From positions 63,849-127,848 of the forward strand of contig JBFLZR010000001.1 in assembly GCA_040756055.1 (NCBI GenBank): a stretch of 64,000 nucleotides of DNA, given 5' to 3'. Positions within the stretch are counted from its first letter, which is position 1. Every line of letters starts with the position of its first letter. Position numbers and translations under genes: made by a program. The stretch comes from Candidatus Zixiibacteriota bacterium. GTDB taxonomy: Bacteria > Zixibacteria > MSB-5A5 > GN15 > FEB-12. Under the pieces are notes generated by a model. It was not told where the DNA came from. It did not search any database and worked only from the letters and a program-made list of their open reading frames with translations. Shown here piece after piece: positions 19,304 to 27,456 of the stretch.

Positions 19304-19522
19304 TCACATAGGCTGGCGCAGAGTATCGACGCATTTGAGTCTCAGGTAGTCAATGACCTCTTCTTCAGCAAAGCGTAAATACTTGCCCACCTTATAATGC
19401 GGTATGCAATCCGTGCTGCCGTTTCTCGTCCGGTCATAAATCCATGAGACCGGTACGTTTAGCTTTTCAGCCAGTTCCTGAACATTCAATAGTCGCTCCA
19501 TATAGTAATCTCCTATTGCCAA
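19304..19522 (-). CDS. Excisionase/AlpA-like HTH DNA-binding protein
   Basis: 72 aa. LLNVQELAEKLNVPVSWIYDRTR...YLRFAEEEVIDYL is typical of the HTH_17/excisionase family. Adjacent to int. Confidence 0.8.
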   Translation of the reverse strand: MAIGDYYMERLLNVQELAEKLNVPVSWIYDRTRNGSTDCIPHYKVGKYLRFAEEEVIDYLRLKCVDTLRQPM

Positions 19523-21288
19523 CGATTGTTGACGATTTCTTCTTCTTCGTGGGCTACGTCAATGACCGTCCCTTCTCTATGGACAATGCGAAGTCGGCGG
19601 TCTTCAATCAGTTTATCAACGATAACAGCCGGTAGCGCATACTTGTCATTTGAGTGTTGCACGACTTTCTGACAGTCCTTTTCTCGCGCCCGAATCTCAT
19701 CGACAAAAGCAGTCAGGATCGGAATCGCCTTGTCGTCTTTCACCTTGATTTGCGCGTGTCGCTGCGGCTGGCACATAACCCATGCGATATACTTCTCTTT
19801 GATTTCCTCAATCGAGTAATACTGACGATTTGACAGTTCCTGCTCCCGTATAAACTCATAGAAAGGAACAATGGATATGCTACTTGATTCCGATACGGAA
19901 TCACTAGTTACCTTACTCACACTTGATGACGACCCGGAAGACGACATAGAGTAGTCATTCGATGCGTGCCCGGAGGATTCCGATTCTGTCATGGAATGGA
20001 CCTCCATAGGGTACATAAATCCATCGGCTGGAATTAAGTGATTAGCACTTCCCGAACTGAAAGAGCTGGACGACCCCGAACCGCTTCCATGGCTATCAGA
20101 CATACCTTCCGTATTCACTTCACCTGATGTCTGAGTCTTTGACGTTCCGGTACTGATTACTTCTCTAGTTGATTCCTGCGGTACAAGAAGAGTGTGGTAA
20201 ATTTCATCCTTAATATTATCCCCACGAATCTGACCGGCGAATAATTCGCCAACCAACTCTTCGCTATCCTGACGACTCGACTTGAAAGCCACCTTTACAT
20301 CGCAGTTCGTCATGACATTTTCATAGTAGCCTGGAATCCGTTTTATTTGAGTCAGCGTCTGGTAGCACAGCGTGAAGTAAATGCCGAATTTACGAAGAGC
20401 CTGTAGTGAGTATGGCAAGTCGTTTGATGTCAGTTCGGCGGCTTCGTCGGCAATTACGAAAAATGGCTTCTTCGCCTGCCTTTTGGTTCGTTGGAAAGCG
20501 TAGTTGATGATCTGGTCAACCAGAAGTATCCCTAAAATCTGCTGGCACTCCCTTGAGACTCTCAGGGGTGCCAGATTAACCAAGATGATCTGACCCTTTT
20601 CTATGGCCTCGCCAATATTGACGGTGGATTCGCTCTGTCCGATAATGCGTCTGATTGGATCAGAAAGAATCATCTTCGCAGCCCTATTCAGTGGAGCCTC
20701 GATTAAATTCTCTTTTTCCGACCGTTTCGAGATTGCGTCAAACCCCTGCCATTCCCGTTTCACGTAATTGTTCTGAACACTGTCGAGAACCGATTCGCGA
20801 TACAGTGAACTTGATACCGACAGAAAATCGAGCATATCCGCCAGCGTCAGGTTTGCCTCGATTAGGGACATGAGAAGGTTCCGTTGCCAGCGTTCCAGTC
20901 TTGGTTTTGTTTCCCCTTCTGACTCGCCAAAGACCTTGGCGATTGCCTTCATAACCTGCGAAGCGTGTGCCGACACGTCCATACCGTTTGGCGATAGAAA
21001 ATTCAACCCGACTGAATTCTCACTATCATTAGGATTGATTAGAATGACACGGCTGCGGTATCCCGCGACGGTAATATAAGCCAGTAGGTCATCATACAGC
21101 GAGCCGTGCGGGTCAAGCAGGATCAGTCCATGTCGGTTGTCCAAATGATAGCGCATCCGCAATTCGAGCATTTTGCTCTTGCCTCTGCCCGTACCTCCGC
21201 AAATGAGCCAATGCAACAACAGGTCGTTATAATCAATGACTTGCGGTCTGCCGTTCAGCGTATTCTGACCAATATTGAATCCCTTCAT
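19513..21288 (-). CDS. FtsK/HerA/TraD(VirD4)-superfamily P-loop ATPase (coupling-protein-like), no TM segment seen
   Basis: 591 aa. Walker A GGTGRGKS, Walker B FFVIADEAAE. Ser-rich low-complexity stretch (GSGSGSSSSFSSGS...SSSGSSSSVS). Confidence 0.7.
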   Translation of the reverse strand: MKGFNIGQNTLNGRPQVIDYNDLLLHWLICGGTGRGKSKMLELRMRYHLDNRHGLILLDPHGSLYDDLLAYITVAGYRSRVILINPNDSENSVGLNFLSPNGMDVSAHASQVMKAIAKVFGESEGETKPRLERWQRNLLMSLIEANLTLADMLDFLSVSSSLYRESVLDSVQNNYVKREWQGFDAISKRSEKENLIEAPLNRAAKMILSDPIRRIIGQSESTVNIGEAIEKGQIILVNLAPLRVSRECQQILGILLVDQIINYAFQRTKRQAKKPFFVIADEAAELTSNDLPYSLQALRKFGIYFTLCYQTLTQIKRIPGYYENVMTNCDVKVAFKSSRQDSEELVGELFAGQIRGDNIKDEIYHTLLVPQESTREVISTGTSKTQTSGEVNTEGMSDSHGSGSGSSSSFSSGSANHLIPADGFMYPMEVHSMTESESSGHASNDYSMSSSGSSSSVSKVTSDSVSESSSISIVPFYEFIREQELSNRQYYSIEEIKEKYIAWVMCQPQRHAQIKVKDDKAIPILTAFVDEIRAREKDCQKVVQHSNDKYALPAVIVDKLIEDRRLRIVHREGTVIDVAHEEEEIVNNRWQ

Positions 21289-21293
21289 AGTAA

Positions 21294-21917
21294 TTATCTC
21301 CCTGCTCCCCGTTGGAAAATCTGCTGGTCATAAAAATCAACCAGTTCATCGGCCATATCGGGGAACTTTTCGTTTACCATGTTAATAAAGGTTGCCCGGC
21401 TCATTGCTTTCTTGGCAATCGAGTCCAAAACCGCCTGCTCTCGTGCTTGGGACACCTCTTGTTGTTTTTTGATTTGCGACAGCTCCTTCAAGTGATCGTC
21501 CTGCTTTTCAGCAGGTTTATGCTTGGCTCTAATCTGCATGAGCCGTTCAATTACATCCAATTTGCACATTACGCTATCCCGTTCGTATCGTGCCACCGCT
21601 CGGCTAGTTCGAGCTTTGAGCAGTCTCACTCTGCTGATAACATCTACGTATTTCTCAAATATGTCTATCTGCTTCTGAGCGATAATAAGCCGATGTTCCA
21701 CATTCTCTCTCTGTAGTTGGTGAGCTGCGAGCTGCTTTCTACGACAACGTTCCATTTCAATGAGAGAATCAAGCTCATTGATGATTTTTCTTCGTTGCCA
21801 CCAAGTCATACCCGGATAACGGCGAATGTTCTCTATGATCTTGCTTCGAACAATCTGCAAAGACGTGGTGCCGAGCACATGCTCGGCACCATCATCGTAT
21901 TTAGCTGGCAAGCTCAT
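21294..21917 (-). CDS. Hypothetical coiled-coil protein (207 aa)
   Basis: ORF track. Heptad-like charged composition. Contiguous with its neighbours. Confidence 0.55.
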   Translation of the reverse strand: MSLPAKYDDGAEHVLGTTSLQIVRSKIIENIRRYPGMTWWQRRKIINELDSLIEMERCRRKQLAAHQLQRENVEHRLIIAQKQIDIFEKYVDVISRVRLLKARTSRAVARYERDSVMCKLDVIERLMQIRAKHKPAEKQDDHLKELSQIKKQQEVSQAREQAVLDSIAKKAMSRATFINMVNEKFPDMADELVDFYDQQIFQRGAGR

Positions 21918-22117
21918 TAGTGCAATTCCTGCTCAACGATTCTATCGAGGATGCGAGAATTGACACCATTTTCCATTAGAGAGGCTTGGTTCGCTTCCTT
22001 TTGGAGCAGCTTATAGCCGCCATAGATGGCCAGACATACAATCGCGCCCGCAAAGATGGAAGGTCCAATATCGGGGACTTCCGGCCCATTCTTGCTGGTT
22101 TCTTTTTGTGATTCCAT
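21917..22117 (-). CDS. Small membrane protein (66 aa)
   Basis: Single hydrophobic helix IFAGAIVCLAIYGGY. Stop/start abuts the next gene. Confidence 0.5.
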   Translation of the reverse strand: MESQKETSKNGPEVPDIGPSIFAGAIVCLAIYGGYKLLQKEANQASLMENGVNSRILDRIVEQELH

Positions 22118-22223
22118 GATTCATCCTTTCATTTAAGGGTTGTTGTTCTAATCACAGAATCAATTTGCCTAATGGACGGAGTTTTGTCCACACAGGGGAA
22201 TTGTAAGGATTGTAAGGAGGGAA

Positions 22224-23732
22224 TTAGAGGTGAGGAATCTTGTAACCGGAGCCGGTTACGGTCTTGATAATCGTCTTACTACCGAGTTTCTTTCGGATTT
22301 CAGCAATGAAGTAATGCGCTCTGCGTGGGACTTCCTGCAGCTCATCGACGTACTTCTCATAGCATCCGATAATGTGTTTATTGCTAACGGCAGTACCTTC
22401 GTTTTCAACCAAAAGTCTGAATATCTCAAGCTGCAATTCGGTGAACTTGGTTCTGGGAAGTTTACCATCACCGTATATTTCACCGGTTCGCATATCAACA
22501 CGAACACCGTCTCGTGAGAACATAGCAATCTGGTCGGTCTTGATTGACTCAATAAGGATATTCAGTTCGCCTTCCAGCTTCTTAATGAGCAGTCCGGTTT
22601 GGGGCGAGCTGTCGATTCCCGAATTAGCCAGTTCTCCAACTTTGCCAGCCAATTCGCTTACCTGATTACTCTGCTTTTTCTTGTTGAGATACGCCAATGA
22701 CAGGCTCAATTGCACAAGCACCTGCTTGAGAATACCGCTATGCAGAAAATATGCCGGTGCTATGTTATCAAGAACTCGCCAAAAGTACTCCACAGCCCGC
22801 TTGTAGTCTTCCATACCGTTATAGGCGGTTCCGTATCCCAAGGCGACAAACGGAAAGAAAGATGATGATTTGAATTTCTTGGTTTGCTTTTCGCAGAAGC
22901 GATACCACTTAAGTGCTTCATTGTAGTTTCGTCTGTGCAGTAACAGATTGCCGACTCTTTTCAAAATCTCGACAGTCTTGGTCGGTAGGTTCCGTTTGTC
23001 GGATTTATCCAGAGCCAGATTATACAATCGCTCCGCTTTGTCAAAATCTCCTATCGACCGGAATATATCACCCTGATTCAAGATGCTCTCGACCTCGTAG
23101 TCGTAGAGCTTTTGCTTCTTAGATACCGCTTCGACCCGTTCAAAACAATCCAACGCACGGGCATAATCACCTGCGGAACTGCAGACGAGACCCTGCTGCA
23201 TGATTGTTTCAAGCATAGCTTCAGTGCGCTGCAAATGTTCGGAAATCTTCAATGCTTCTCTGAGATAGACAGTCGCTTCCCTGTAATTCTGTCTGAAACT
23301 ATCCAATGAAGCGAGCTGTACTAGTGAGTCGGCTTCAAGGTCAGGTAATGCTTCATCTCGGGCAATTATCAACGCCTCGACGGTGAGGTTTTCCGCATGT
23401 TCGTATTCCAGATACTGAAGATGGAGATAACCAGATTCGATCAGGGCATTTGCGTATGTCAAGCGAGAGCACTTATCACGAGCCAGTTTCAAAACATCTA
23501 CAGCTAATCGTTTGGCTTTGGATGAATCTCCCAAAGACATGTACGATTTCATCTGAACAAAAAGACACTCGACCTGGCCTTCGTAATCTTTGGCAGCCTT
23601 AGCTTGCTTAAGAGCTTTTTCAGAAGACTTTAGAGAGGAAGCGAAGTCATCTTGCCAATAAAGGCGTTCCGCCTTTTCAACTAATGAATATGTTCCCTTT
23701 CTTTCCAATACTTGCTCCTTTGGATCAATCAA
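22224..23732 (-). CDS. TPR-repeat protein with C-terminal OmpR/PhoB-type winged-helix DNA-binding domain
   Basis: 502 aa. Repeated TPR-like A/Y/L patterns. C-terminus LQLEIFRLLVENEGTAVS...IRKKLGSKTIIKTVTGSGYKI resembles trans_reg_C. Confidence 0.65.
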   Translation of the reverse strand: MIDPKEQVLERKGTYSLVEKAERLYWQDDFASSLKSSEKALKQAKAAKDYEGQVECLFVQMKSYMSLGDSSKAKRLAVDVLKLARDKCSRLTYANALIESGYLHLQYLEYEHAENLTVEALIIARDEALPDLEADSLVQLASLDSFRQNYREATVYLREALKISEHLQRTEAMLETIMQQGLVCSSAGDYARALDCFERVEAVSKKQKLYDYEVESILNQGDIFRSIGDFDKAERLYNLALDKSDKRNLPTKTVEILKRVGNLLLHRRNYNEALKWYRFCEKQTKKFKSSSFFPFVALGYGTAYNGMEDYKRAVEYFWRVLDNIAPAYFLHSGILKQVLVQLSLSLAYLNKKKQSNQVSELAGKVGELANSGIDSSPQTGLLIKKLEGELNILIESIKTDQIAMFSRDGVRVDMRTGEIYGDGKLPRTKFTELQLEIFRLLVENEGTAVSNKHIIGCYEKYVDELQEVPRRAHYFIAEIRKKLGSKTIIKTVTGSGYKIPHL

Positions 23733-23899
23733 TAGCCGAGTCTCTTTCTTCCAGCCTTATAACATGGCTTACAACGGCAGTGCCTGTATCCTTGCGAGGC
23801 ACCTTTTGAACGATCTCTGTAATAATCTGTGAGTGGCTTCCACTTGCCACAACTGGAACAGTATTTACCCTTAATTCCGTTTTTTATTACTACTGCCAT
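23729..23899 (-). CDS. Small zinc-ribbon protein (56 aa)
   Basis: CSSCGKW...CRCKPCY. Start chosen at the ATG 6 nt after GGAGGAG rather than the upstream GTG in the ORF track. Confidence 0.55.
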   Translation of the reverse strand: MAVVIKNGIKGKYCSSCGKWKPLTDYYRDRSKGASQGYRHCRCKPCYKAGRKRLGY

Positions 23900-23935
23900 T
23901 ATGTACTCCTCCTTCCACACCTATATTTATTGGCA

Positions 23936-24088
23936 GAATTCCAGCTTCACCATTCCGCATCGTTTAGAGCCTTAACAAGGTGAAGGCTCCAAAACGACCA
24001 GACCAACGCCATCACCTTTGACGAGTCTGCTCCTACATGACAGCTTGGTCATAGTGTGAGGAGAACGGAATGTGTGAAGCTGGAATTT
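23936..24088. other. Inverted-repeat-bounded intergenic element (candidate oriT or structured RNA)
   Basis: GAATTCCAGCTTCACCATTCCG (23936-23957) versus CGGAATGTGTGAAGCTGGAATTT (24066-24088). Internal hairpin GAGCCTT...AAGGCTC. Confidence 0.5.
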
Positions 24089-24092
24089 CATC

Positions 24093-25196
24093 TTACTCCA
24101 CCATACTCATCAGGTCGTTTTGCGGATTAGCCGTTATCCAACATTTTGAGAACATTCGATCCGGCTCAGTAATATCAATCGAGTCTGGCGAAGTAAACCA
24201 AAACAGCGAATTGGTCACATAGAATTTCCCCATTGAGGCGAATTCAGCAAAGATACTCGCAATACGACCCGACAATGTCTTATCTTGCCTTATCGCTCCG
24301 GGTGTCACGAAGAGCACCTGAAATCCCGTAATCATGTGACGACCTTCATTCGATTGATCGGCACGAATATCGAGCCCGACAATTTGACCATTTGGCAATT
24401 GGCGGTAGGCATAACGCTTCGGAAACTTCTTCGATTTGCGATATAACCGATACCCGATTAGTTTCCGCCGGATATCGGTTCGCTGTTTTGACGATGCGAT
24501 AGGTTCGGTACCTCGGTCGATTTCCAAGAAAAAGTGTGTTCTTCCCGCTCCAACGACTTCCAGACCGAAAAAAGCATCGGCATGGACTGGAATTCGCTCA
24601 TCCTCGCCCTCCTCGTTCTCGCCAATCACGAAATCCCTGATACAATCGCCCTGTTCCCAAAACAGGAGTTTGGCTTCGTCACTATGGCGTTCGCAGGCGA
24701 GTTCCAGCGTTGCCCGGAATGTAGCCACACCCAGAGCGTGCTTCAAAAACAGAGATTTGACCTTATTACTCTCGATAATCCGCCGAGTTATTTTGATCGG
24801 AATATCGTGCCGTTCTTCAAGAATCTTCGGGCAGGCCGGTCCAAGACCGTAAATGGCTCGCGGCGAGCCATGCCCTCTGCCCATTGGCTCGTCGGTGATG
24901 TAATGGCGTTCCAGATATCGGGCGTTAAAAAGCTGTTTTAACCGCTTGGACAGGGCCTGTCTGCCGAAACCGTATTGCGCTGGTCGCTGTTTGCCGTCCG
25001 AGCCAACGGCGTAGGAAACGCCGCTTGATACATCACCCGTCTGAAGTAAATGCCAGATTAACTCACTGCTCAAGAACCGATGGTCATAGACCAGCCTAAG
25101 GATCTTGTAATCCCGGTCTCTCAAAATCAAATCAGGGAAAGCCCCTTTATCTGGGACATATCGCGAGAGTCGTTTCTGTTGGGTGGGTTTGCTCAT
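24093..25196 (-). CDS. Replication-relaxation (Replic_Relax) family protein
   Basis: 367 aa. N-terminal LILRDRDYKILRLVYDHRFLSSELIWHLL matches my recollection of the family's wHTH start. Confidence 0.6.
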   Translation of the reverse strand: MSKPTQQKRLSRYVPDKGAFPDLILRDRDYKILRLVYDHRFLSSELIWHLLQTGDVSSGVSYAVGSDGKQRPAQYGFGRQALSKRLKQLFNARYLERHYITDEPMGRGHGSPRAIYGLGPACPKILEERHDIPIKITRRIIESNKVKSLFLKHALGVATFRATLELACERHSDEAKLLFWEQGDCIRDFVIGENEEGEDERIPVHADAFFGLEVVGAGRTHFFLEIDRGTEPIASSKQRTDIRRKLIGYRLYRKSKKFPKRYAYRQLPNGQIVGLDIRADQSNEGRHMITGFQVLFVTPGAIRQDKTLSGRIASIFAEFASMGKFYVTNSLFWFTSPDSIDITEPDRMFSKCWITANPQNDLMSMVE

Positions 25197-25241
25197 TTCC
25201 CTCTAATTCTCCTATCCGGCTTGCCGGAATCTTTCTCTTAT

Positions 25242-25684
25242 GACGCCCCCTCGTCGGAGGCCGAACTCGTCCCAAAAACCGCAATCCGCAGGAGGGTGGT
25301 TTTTGGCTGACGATTCGTGTCCGCCCGACTTCGCTCGCTTCGGTTTGCCCCTCCGCTGACGTTCGAAATGCGGGGCAAACCCGAGCAAGGAAACAATCCT
25401 TTGTTTCCGGCGAAGCCGATGGCTCTCCGGGTTCCTGGTCTGCTTCGGAAATAACTCACCAGCACATCCATAGTCGTTAGCACCAGAAGCAGACTAGGCA
25501 GAGAGCCAAGGGAAGGGAGCGAAGTCGGGCGGAGAACGACATCACTTTCCCTTTACCTCACAACACATTACATGTTGTGGAAAGTAGAAATGATAATACA
25601 TCATTTCTACTTTCAAGAAGCATTATTTTAGTGCTTCGAGCAAGGGAAAAGTGATGGAGAGAACCAGACCGACGAGGGGGCGTC
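25242..25684. other. About 440-bp non-coding element with nested long-range inverted repeats (structured RNA, single-strand origin or oriT candidate)
   Basis: Perfect 16-mers 25242-25257/25669-25684 and 25321-25336/25517-25532. At least six local hairpins, including a perfect 14-bp stem at 25580-25593/25601-25614. Confidence 0.7.
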
Positions 25685-25748
25685 TTCTCAACGACTGCGG
25701 ACTAAGCAGTCGTATTTCAATCGCAGATTGAAATGTCTGCTACGGAGC

Positions 25749-25883
25749 TTATGATGTACGTCGTTTTCGACAGTAGTAGCATAAGTCTCCGAATTCTATC
25801 TTCCGGCGGCATACGGAGCACCTGGACTGCTTCGGATATCGCCGCCTTCTGGCGCGAAATGGCCTGCCGGTAGTCCTATCCAT
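25749..25883 (-). CDS. Very basic 44-aa zinc-ribbon protein
   Basis: MDRTTGRPFRARRRRYPKQSRCSVCRRKIEFGDLCYYCRKRRTS. The ATG overlaps the RuvC-like stop by 8 nt. The ORF-track version (70 aa) is probably over-extended. Confidence 0.45.
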   Translation of the reverse strand: MDRTTGRPFRARRRRYPKQSRCSVCRRKIEFGDLCYYCRKRRTS

Positions 25884-26421
25884 TCTGGCGAGCCAGTAGC
25901 CAGTTCCGGAGCGAGCGGACGGGACTGATGTTCTGACGGATAAAGGTGATGCCGACCGCAACGGCGTCGAGCAAGTTGAGGTTATACCTCAATACCCAAG
26001 TCCTGTTTGACTGCAGATATACTCTTAGCTCGTCAAAGGTGCTGACGATTGTCTGGGCGACTCTGATTTTGCTCGCATTGCCGTCGTTGCATATTTCCTT
26101 TCTGATGGTTCTGGGGTCGTACTCGTACACCAGAACGCCAAACTTCTTGGCGATATGCCTCATCTTCGCGATAGCGAGCGTCAGGCGAAAATTCTGCTTG
26201 ATTTGAGAGAACGTATTTCGCTCCAAGACGAAATAGTGTGGAGCCTTTTCCCTTATCAGGCGGGTTACAATTTCCTCGACATGTTCGAGGATTATGGCCT
26301 CAGAACCCTGCCTGATTGTCTTGACTCCGTAGTCAACGAGTTCCGTACCTTCAAAAAAGGCGAATCCCATGTGTTTCGTGCCGGGATCGACGGCTAGGAT
26401 TTTGAATTTACTTTTCCGCAT
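25876..26421 (-). CDS. RuvC-like Holliday-junction resolvase
   Basis: 181 aa, collinear with E. coli RuvC. ILAVDPGTKHMGFAFF (Asp), YFVLERN (Glu), LLDAVAVGITF (Asp). Confidence 0.8.
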   Translation of the reverse strand: MRKSKFKILAVDPGTKHMGFAFFEGTELVDYGVKTIRQGSEAIILEHVEEIVTRLIREKAPHYFVLERNTFSQIKQNFRLTLAIAKMRHIAKKFGVLVYEYDPRTIRKEICNDGNASKIRVAQTIVSTFDELRVYLQSNRTWVLRYNLNLLDAVAVGITFIRQNISPVRSLRNWLLARQNG

Positions 26422-26638
26422 ATTTGTTCAATAGAAAGAAGAACAGTGCGGACCGGGACTTCTTTATTTTCTCAGGAGGCATCTTGATAACCTCCTCGAA
26501 CGCTTTCCGGACGATACCTTCGTCATGCTTTTCGACGATGTACCGGTACAGCTCGACCCGGTGCTGTTCCTGAAAGGTCTTCGCAATCTCTTCCGCGAGA
26601 TCACCCCTTGGGGTTATTTTCGCTTTTTTAGTGTTCAT
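26408..26638 (-). CDS. Hypothetical protein (76 aa)
   Basis: ORF track. Overlaps the RuvC-like start by 14 nt. Confidence 0.5.
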   Translation of the reverse strand: MNTKKAKITPRGDLAEEIAKTFQEQHRVELYRYIVEKHDEGIVRKAFEEVIKMPPEKIKKSRSALFFFLLNKYAEK

Positions 26639-26660
26639 GTTTGTTTTGATTAGTGAGTAT

Positions 26661-26969
26661 TTATAAAGCAGTAGTAGTCATCTCCATCCGCTCGCCGTAC
26701 ATGTCCAACTGAATCTGTTTGAAGTGGTCGGAAAACAACAGCTCGACGGGACATTTGAGCGCGGCAGATAGCTTGAGCGCGTTAATCAGGGTAGGTAGTT
26801 GATGACCGGTTTCCCAACGATACAGGTCGGTGTTGTGCTTGATACGTAGCAGTTTTGAAACGTCCCGCTGCCGAAGATACCGCCTCAAGCGGTACCTTCG
26901 GATTTGATTGGTCTTAATTTTTTTAAGATCGCAGGACATACAAAGTGCTATGTTTGTTTTTCTTGCCAC
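26661..26969 (-). CDS. XRE-family HTH transcriptional regulator
   Basis: 102 aa. LRQRDVSKLLRIKHNTDLYRWETGHQLPTLINALKLSAALKCPVELLF is an HTH_3 pattern. Confidence 0.75.
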   Translation of the reverse strand: MARKTNIALCMSCDLKKIKTNQIRRYRLRRYLRQRDVSKLLRIKHNTDLYRWETGHQLPTLINALKLSAALKCPVELLFSDHFKQIQLDMYGERMEMTTTAL

Positions 26970-27456
26970 TCAACCATAAACCTGGGCCGATTTAGCATCA
27001 ATATGCTAGAGTCCCACCAGTCTGGGGATAACATCACAACCATACTAGACGGGGGTAATTCGCTGTTTATAGCCATATATGTAAGGTTGTTTTCAAAAAA
27101 ACTGCTAACCTTACACGAATATTGGCATTTTGTCAAGGTGGGTTATCTTGCCTGCATTTGCCGTGTGTAAACATTAATGATAGATTTGCACTGGAAATCG
27201 GAGCAAATCGCTGCTTCAACATCATTTCTCTTTGCTGAAAGCTCTCTTTTCCACAGCAGAAGGGGGGTGTAGCATAGTTCGTCTCACTAGCGGCAATCTC
27301 AGCGATAGGTATAATTGGACGTTATGCCTATCACACAAAAACAAATACAAACATTCCAACGCCTCTATAGATTGCGCTATGAGAGAGACATATCTGAAGA
27401 AGAAGCTTTGGATATAATCAACCGCTTCTTGAATCTTATTAACATCATCCGGGACA

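Noticed and set aside
25242-26421. Idea that RuvC-like protein, Zn ribbon and structured region form a miniature TnpB/omega-RNA-like RNA-guided nuclease
   Set aside because: The 181-aa protein is collinear with bona fide RuvC resolvases and has no WED/REC-like extension. The Zn ribbon is a separate tiny ORF. It is kept only as a remote possibility under the findings.
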